DNA from: Bdellovibrionales bacterium
GTDB taxonomy: Bacteria > Bdellovibrionota > Bdellovibrionia > Bdellovibrionales > JAUICD01
NCBI GenBank assembly: GCA_965203875.1
Contig: OZ241914.1
Coordinates: forward strand, 1,521,589 to 1,585,588
DNA length: 64,000 nt
Direction of reading: 5' to 3'
Both the position numbers and the translations under genes were made by a program. The notes below the pieces were generated by a model that did no database searches, was not told the origin of the DNA, and was given only the letters and a program-made list of their open reading frames with translations. Positions 58,613 to 64,000 of this stretch are shown piece by piece. Each line of letters starts with the position of its first letter. Within the stretch, counting starts at the first letter, position 1.

Positions 58613-59941
58613 TTACATGAGCTTAGCAATTAGCACGATAAGTACAGCAACGGGGGCAACCACCCTAACAGTCCACAAAAACAACTGTGTAAGACCAGTT
58701 GATTTTATATCCTTCATGGTGCTTTCTACGGTGCGTTTACCCAACTTCCAACCATAAAACAGTGCTATTAGTATTCCACCAATAGGTAGAAGCCAATTAG
58801 TAGTTGTCTTATCAAACAAATCAAAAAAGTTTAGACCTAGAATTTTAAAGTCAGCCAAGTGATTGAAAGATAATGCACACAAAACACCTGCAAGGTATAT
58901 AACTGCACCACACAATATAGCAGCCTTCTTCCTACTACATTCATATTTTTCAGAAATAAAGCATACAGGAACTTCAAGAATAGAAACTGCAGAAGTAAGT
59001 GCAGCAAAAGTAACAAGTAAGAAAAATCCTATTGCTAATAAATTGCCAAGAGGCATTTGAGCAAATAGAGTTGGTAGAGTTACAAAAATCAAACCAGGAC
59101 CACCACTTGCCTGGCCACCATATGTAAATACTATTGAGAAAATGACCAGCCCAGCAATAAGAGCTATAAAGGTATCCAAGAAAGCAACATTCAAAGCTAC
59201 CTTAGGCAGGCTTTCTTTTTGAGAAAGATAACTACCATATGTTATTATAGAACCCATTCCCAAGCTTAATGTGAAAAAAGAGTGTCCAACAGCTTCCAAT
59301 ACACCATGAGCTGTAAGTTTACTAAAATCAGGCTTGAATAAAAACGAAATGGAAGCTCCAAAACCATCTAATGTAAAGGCTTTTAGAAGGAGCAGGCCAA
59401 GTATACCCAGAAGTGCAGGCATAAGAATCTTGTTCCATCTTTCAAGACCAGCCTTAACACCACCATATACTATGTAAACAACTAAAATCATAAAGATTAG
59501 ATGCCAAAACAACTGTATACCAGCACTGCCTAACAGGGTGTCTAAAATACCTGTGATTTCTTCTTGATTCATTTTAGAAAAATTATTGAAGATAGACACA
59601 AACTCAAAATTCAATATCCAACCACCAACAACACTATAAAAAGACAGAATTAATACGGCCGAGATAAAACCCATCCAACCAGTTATTTGCCATGGAGAAT
59701 TTTTCTTATCCAGTTTCTCAAAGGCAGTTACAACATTAGCTTGACTCGCTTGACCTACGTACATCTCAGCTATCAAAATTGGTACACCAACTACAGCTAT
59801 ACAGGCCAAATAAATCAAAACAAATGCACCTCCACCTTGTTCACCAGCCATATATGGAAATTTCCATATATTACCCAATCCAATAGCAGAGCCAGCTGCT
59901 GCAAGTACAAATGCAATCCGGCTAGACCAATGTGCTCTCAT
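58613..59941 (-). CDS. sodium-dependent transporter (NSS/SNF family)
   Basis: GSAIGLGNIWKFP, FFTLSLG, GPGL. Confidence 0.95.
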   Translation of the reverse strand: MRAHWSSRIAFVLAAAGSAIGLGNIWKFPYMAGEQGGGAFVLIYLACIAVVGVPILIAEMYVGQASQANVVTAFEKLDKKNSPWQITGWMGFISAVLILSFYSVVGGWILNFEFVSIFNNFSKMNQEEITGILDTLLGSAGIQLFWHLIFMILVVYIVYGGVKAGLERWNKILMPALLGILGLLLLKAFTLDGFGASISFLFKPDFSKLTAHGVLEAVGHSFFTLSLGMGSIITYGSYLSQKESLPKVALNVAFLDTFIALIAGLVIFSIVFTYGGQASGGPGLIFVTLPTLFAQMPLGNLLAIGFFLLVTFAALTSAVSILEVPVCFISEKYECSRKKAAILCGAVIYLAGVLCALSFNHLADFKILGLNFFDLFDKTTTNWLLPIGGILIALFYGWKLGKRTVESTMKDIKSTGLTQLFLWTVRVVAPVAVLIVLIAKLM

Positions 59942-60186
59942 CTTGATTCCTCCCTACAAATATGCACACAAAAACATGTACAAACCTGTCTAAAATAAAC
60001 TTATCAGACAGGATAACTATCACCTGGCATTAACACTGTCAAAGAATAATTATGGATATATCCAGTACCTATGTTCATATTTAAAACACCACCAAGTGCA
60101 AAATTTGACAAAAAACCGTGGCAGCTTCAAAATCATAGCTGCTCGTATATAGAACCAATGGCCCAGATATTTAACTATAAGATAAA

Positions 60187-61086
60187 TTGGGGAGGAGAAT
60201 GAAAGGCTACATTCTAACTTTTTTGGCTTTTTCTATAACTTTTTTGATTGGATTTGAAACTAGCATAGCCAATCAACTAGAGTATGAAGATGTGGAAGAA
60301 GATGATAGACTCTTGGATTTTTTTCCTGAGCCAAACGCACAATACCCGTCATATTCCATAAAAAGCATATTGCCAAATGGAGCCTTGCCCGCAGTTGTCA
60401 GGGTTCCTACCGCAGTTGGAACCTACACCAACGGAGCATTAAGAGACGGGATTAAAATAGCAAACGAGGGAATTGGTTATGTGAAAGTTCTAAGAGGAAA
60501 CGGCTCTGACTATGGCACTCATTTTTTAATAAGTACAATAGAATATGTAACCAGTGAAATGAGAGATAGGTACCCAAACTATCCAAGGCTAGAGATAACA
60601 GCACTAAGTAAAAAAAATGGCGGATACGCTCACGGACATGATAGTCACCAAAATGGTCTGGATATGGATGCTATCTACCTACACAAAAGAGGTATCGACA
60701 GAAACAGTAGTACTAGGTTAAATGGTTCAGAACCCAACGATTCAACAGAGTTTGTACAAAACGGTGCAGTCTCCAGTAACATAGATCTGGAGCGTAATTT
60801 TCAACTTATGCATTTATTTGTCAGCACAGGACGTGTTAATGCAATATTCACAGATAGATCTATAAAAGCGGCTCTATGTAATTATGCTAAAGATAGCGGA
60901 ATACCTGGCTTTGAAAACACTTTGTCAAAGCTCCATCACTGGCCAAGACACAAAACTCACTTTCATCTAAGACTAGAATGTCCAAAATCGAGCAGAGGAT
61001 GTCTATCTACTAAACCTTCTAATATTGAACTTGGATGTGTGACAAATAGTGCAATAAGAAGAGGCGGTCGTAGGATCAAGCACTAA
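60187..61086 (+). CDS. mepA: penicillin-insensitive murein endopeptidase (MepA family)
   Basis: GHDSHQNGLDMD, HKTHFHLRL; the start may be 60199. Confidence 0.85.
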   Translation: MGRRMKGYILTFLAFSITFLIGFETSIANQLEYEDVEEDDRLLDFFPEPNAQYPSYSIKSILPNGALPAVVRVPTAVGTYTNGALRDGIKIANEGIGYVKVLRGNGSDYGTHFLISTIEYVTSEMRDRYPNYPRLEITALSKKNGGYAHGHDSHQNGLDMDAIYLHKRGIDRNSSTRLNGSEPNDSTEFVQNGAVSSNIDLERNFQLMHLFVSTGRVNAIFTDRSIKAALCNYAKDSGIPGFENTLSKLHHWPRHKTHFHLRLECPKSSRGCLSTKPSNIELGCVTNSAIRRGGRRIKH

Positions 61087-61653
61087 TCACCTGATGACTT
61101 CTTTTTTATTACCGTCTAATTTAATAACTTTTGAAGCTGGCCCACTTAAGACCGTGTCATCATCCATACAATAGACATAATCTGGCATCTCATATAACAA
61201 GGCTTTACCATTGTAGACCGGCTTTTTACCAGAAAGGTTAGCACTGGTAGTAGTGACAGGAACAGTGCATACACGCATTAGCTTGGACATAAATGGATGA
61301 TCGATACACCTTAAACCTACAAAATTTGTCCCTCTATGTACCGACCATGGTACATTTGATTTTGCCTTTATCACAAAGGTAGTATTTCCAGGCCATACTT
61401 TTTGTATTTCTTCGCACATGTTATCGTCTATATGAGCATACTCTTTTGCCATGTCGATACAGGACACCAACATACTCACGGGTTTATTTGTATCTCGTTT
61501 TTTTACGGAAAATAAATTTTTCATAGAATCGGTGTTAGAAATCATACACCCAATGCCCCATAGGGTGTCGGTTGGATAGATTAACAAATTACCAGGAACT
61601 TTTAAAACTTCGAACGCTTGGTTAGCCGTTTCTACAAGACGAAGTTTTAGCAC
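61087..61653 (-). CDS. tsaC: L-threonylcarbamoyladenylate synthase
   Basis: YPTDTLWG, KKR...KP, TTSANLSG. Confidence 0.92.
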   Translation of the reverse strand: MLKLRLVETANQAFEVLKVPGNLLIYPTDTLWGIGCMISNTDSMKNLFSVKKRDTNKPVSMLVSCIDMAKEYAHIDDNMCEEIQKVWPGNTTFVIKAKSNVPWSVHRGTNFVGLRCIDHPFMSKLMRVCTVPVTTTSANLSGKKPVYNGKALLYEMPDYVYCMDDDTVLSGPASKVIKLDGNKKEVIR

Positions 61654-62462
61654 TAGAAATTAAACCCTATAAATAAAATTGCGTTTAACATGTCCCCGTA
61701 TGGACGATGTTCCACTTCTCTAATATCGGAAGGCTCTTCTGTATCATCTTCTTCCAAAGTTTGGCAGTTGGAGTTGATAAATCCACAAATATCTACCCTT
61801 CTATTTCTATTTTCGCCTTCAAAACCTACGTACTGAAATTTAAACTCTACACCAAAATATGCTTCATTTCTCATGAAAGGAAATTCTACTCCTATTCCTG
61901 AGTTTACACCCCATGCAGGACTCTCTTCTTTGTCTACGCTCCAGTTAAATGTTCGTTTTCTAGTTAGTTTACTTGTGCCCAGTAATATGTATGGATTGAC
62001 GCTAGCAAGCCCTCTAGTTACATTTTGTACATTAAAATAATATCTTAAGTCCATAAATAATTCGGATAGAGAAATATCCACCACCTCTTCCTTGGGTATA
62101 CCTTCAAATTGATTTATTAGTGTATGTGCACTTCTGTAATAACCTAGTTTTACAGCTGACCTTAAGTTGAAGAAAAAACTTAAAAATGCCCCGCCGCCTA
62201 CACCAAATAATTTTTCTGATTTACCCAGATTCCCAGTAAACTTTCTTACGCCAAAAAGGCCGCCTGCTGTAATTAGCCTACCGTTTGTGAAAAAATGTAC
62301 ATCTGCCTCTTCCTCTGAAGCTTCTTCAAACTCAGCATAGTCAGCAAATGGGTCGTAGTGCTCACCTACCTCTTCGAACTGAGCCAAGAGTTTTGTCTCC
62401 TTAGCTTGGGTATCAAATGCCAGACCAAAGATAGTTATAAAAATGAGTAGATTTAGTTTCAT
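61653..62462 (-). CDS. outer-membrane beta-barrel protein
   Basis: Signal peptide, alternating beta strands, C-terminal Phe (IGFNF). Confidence 0.7.
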   Translation of the reverse strand: MKLNLLIFITIFGLAFDTQAKETKLLAQFEEVGEHYDPFADYAEFEEASEEEADVHFFTNGRLITAGGLFGVRKFTGNLGKSEKLFGVGGGAFLSFFFNLRSAVKLGYYRSAHTLINQFEGIPKEEVVDISLSELFMDLRYYFNVQNVTRGLASVNPYILLGTSKLTRKRTFNWSVDKEESPAWGVNSGIGVEFPFMRNEAYFGVEFKFQYVGFEGENRNRRVDICGFINSNCQTLEEDDTEEPSDIREVEHRPYGDMLNAILFIGFNF

Positions 62463-62599
62463 TCTAAACTTCTTTTCGGATTTGTTTACATTCCAATTTA
62501 ATTATTGAGACTATTAAAAAGCCTTGCTACATATACCTATGTCGGGTTTTTTAACAAGTACTTACGATTATAGAGCAATATTGAATGGTTTTATTGTTT

Positions 62600-62675
62600 G
62601 GGGCTGTAGTTCAGTTGGTAGAACACTACGCTGGCAGCGTATAGGTCGTCGGTTCGAGTCCGATCAGCTCCACCA
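62600..62675 (+). tRNA. tRNA-Ala (GGC)
   Basis: Cloverleaf, G3:U70 pair, anticodon GGC, TTCGA T-loop, encoded CCA; C27-U43 mismatch at the top of the anticodon stem. Confidence 0.95.
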
Positions 62676-62682
62676 TTAAAAA

Positions 62683-64000
62683 ATGATGATGAAAGAAGAT
62701 AGTATTAGGGATATAGAAACAAAACTTTGGACTGCTTCCAACAAACTGAGAAACACCATGGATGCAGCTAATTATAAGCACGTAGTGCTAGGCTTGATAT
62801 TTCTAAAGTACATGTCTGATAAATTTTCTAAACCCAATATTCCTAAACAAGCTAATAGAGCTTCTAAAGCATTTAAGGTTCCAAAAGAAGCCAGGTGGAT
62901 GGATGGCACAAAAGGTATTCAAGACAGAGCGTATGATAAAAATATTGGAAAAATTATAGACAACGCAATGTTGGCCATAGAAAGAGCCAACCCAGCATTA
63001 ACAAATATACTCCCGAAAGAATACTCCAAAGTTGGAAGCATTATCAATTTGGGAGATTTGGTTATGCTAATATCCCAGATCAAACTTGTAGGGAAAGAAA
63101 CCACAGATGTATTAGGGCATGTGTACGAATATTTTTTAGGGCAGTTTGCATCAGCAGAAGCCAGAAAAGCTGGCCAATTTTATACTCCTAGATCTATTGT
63201 AAACCTGATTGTAGAGTGTCTTAAACCGTACGATGGAATTGTATACGACCCCGCTATGGGATCAGGAGGTTTTTTTGTTTCAAGTGATAAATTTATTAAA
63301 TCCAACAAGCGAACTGGCAAGGACAAACTAACTATATATGGACAAGAATCTAATCCTACTACATGGCGTCTATCTGCAATGAACATGGTAATTAGAGGAT
63401 TAAACTTTAATTTTGGAAAAATTCCAGCAGACACATTTACTAAAAACCAACATCCAAATCTAAAAGCAGATTTTATTATGGCAAATCCTCCTTTTAATGT
63501 TAGAGAATGGGAAAGCGATAAATTGACAAATGACAAAAGGTGGAAATATGGCATACCTCCAAGCAGAAATGCAAACTTTGCCTGGATTCAACATATAGTA
63601 CATCATTTATCACAGACGGGGTATGCAGCCGTGGTTTTAGCAAATGGTTCTGTGTCATCTCAAATAAAAAATGAAGCTACTATCAGAAAAAACATTGTAA
63701 ATGCTGATCTGGTAGATTGTATAATATCACTTCCAGGGCAGCTATTTCTGAATACACAAATACCTGCATGTATTTGGATAATGTCTAAAGATAGATCAAC
63801 AAACAATAAAACCAGAAATAGAAAACATGAAGTTTTATTTATTGATGCAAGAGAATCTGGTCAAATGGTAAATAGAACCCAAAAAATAATAACAGAAGAT
63901 GAAATTAAACAAATTGCAAATATCTATAACAGTTGGAAAAGTAAAAATAAACAATATGCAGATATTCCAGGGCTGTGTGTATCGGCATCACTAGATGAAA
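62683..64000 (+). CDS. hsdM: type I restriction-modification M subunit, runs off the right edge
   Basis: Hand translation: LW..SNKLR..MDAANYKHVVLGLIFLKY, GQFYTP, YDPAMGSGG, YGQE, MANPPFN. Confidence 0.93.
   Translation, partial: MMMKEDSIRDIETKLWTASNKLRNTMDAANYKHVVLGLIFLKYMSDKFSKPNIPKQANRASKAFKVPKEARWMDGTKGIQDRAYDKNIGKIIDNAMLAIERANPALTNILPKEYSKVGSIINLGDLVMLISQIKLVGKETTDVLGHVYEYFLGQFASAEARKAGQFYTPRSIVNLIVECLKPYDGIVYDPAMGSGGFFVSSDKFIKSNKRTGKDKLTIYGQESNPTTWRLSAMNMVIRGLNFNFGKIPADTFTKNQHPNLKADFIMANPPFNVREWESDKLTNDKRWKYGIPPSRNANFAWIQHIVHHLSQTGYAAVVLANGSVSSQIKNEATIRKNIVNADLVDCIISLPGQLFLNTQIPACIWIMSKDRSTNNKTRNRKHEVLFIDARESGQMVNRTQKIITEDEIKQIANIYNSWKSKNKQYADIPGLCVSASLDE

Noticed and set aside
1-64000. 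Alternative genetic code
   Set aside because: Conserved genes translate full length under the standard bacterial code and end in TAA, TAG or TGA.

Overview
AT-rich, gene-dense bacterial chromosome segment. Gene content and signal-peptide style (QNC lipobox-like leader, gspL/M/N, LpoA-like, MepA, many secreted orphans) suggest a Bdellovibrionota-like organism; this is inference. The backbone is housekeeping: anmK, xth, fxsA, dksA, gspLMN, tatBC, M16 peptidase, hemW, grpE, der, rnc, mtaB, mnmA, a cysteine desulfurase, ltaE, hemJ, valS, rnr, ubiB-like, TRAP/TAXI, rph, rdgB, gloB, mepA, tsaC and tRNA-Ala(GGC). Restriction-modification loci sit at both window edges. Main unexplained signals: (1) a ~125-bp structured intergenic repeat family with compensatory stem changes, all in + orientation and mostly just downstream of accessory genes; two copies have reciprocally swapped arms around an Rpn C-terminal fragment, and local G/T-to-C/A strand composition flips across the repeat clusters; (2) two Cys-rich exported-protein genes with poly-G tracts, one in the CDS and one in a promoter spacer; (3) a 12-kb divergent cluster of six secreted orphan proteins, four with membrane-helix segments; (4) a 22-codon era-like vestige between rnc and der. 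No CRISPR array, integrase or intact transposase was recognised.
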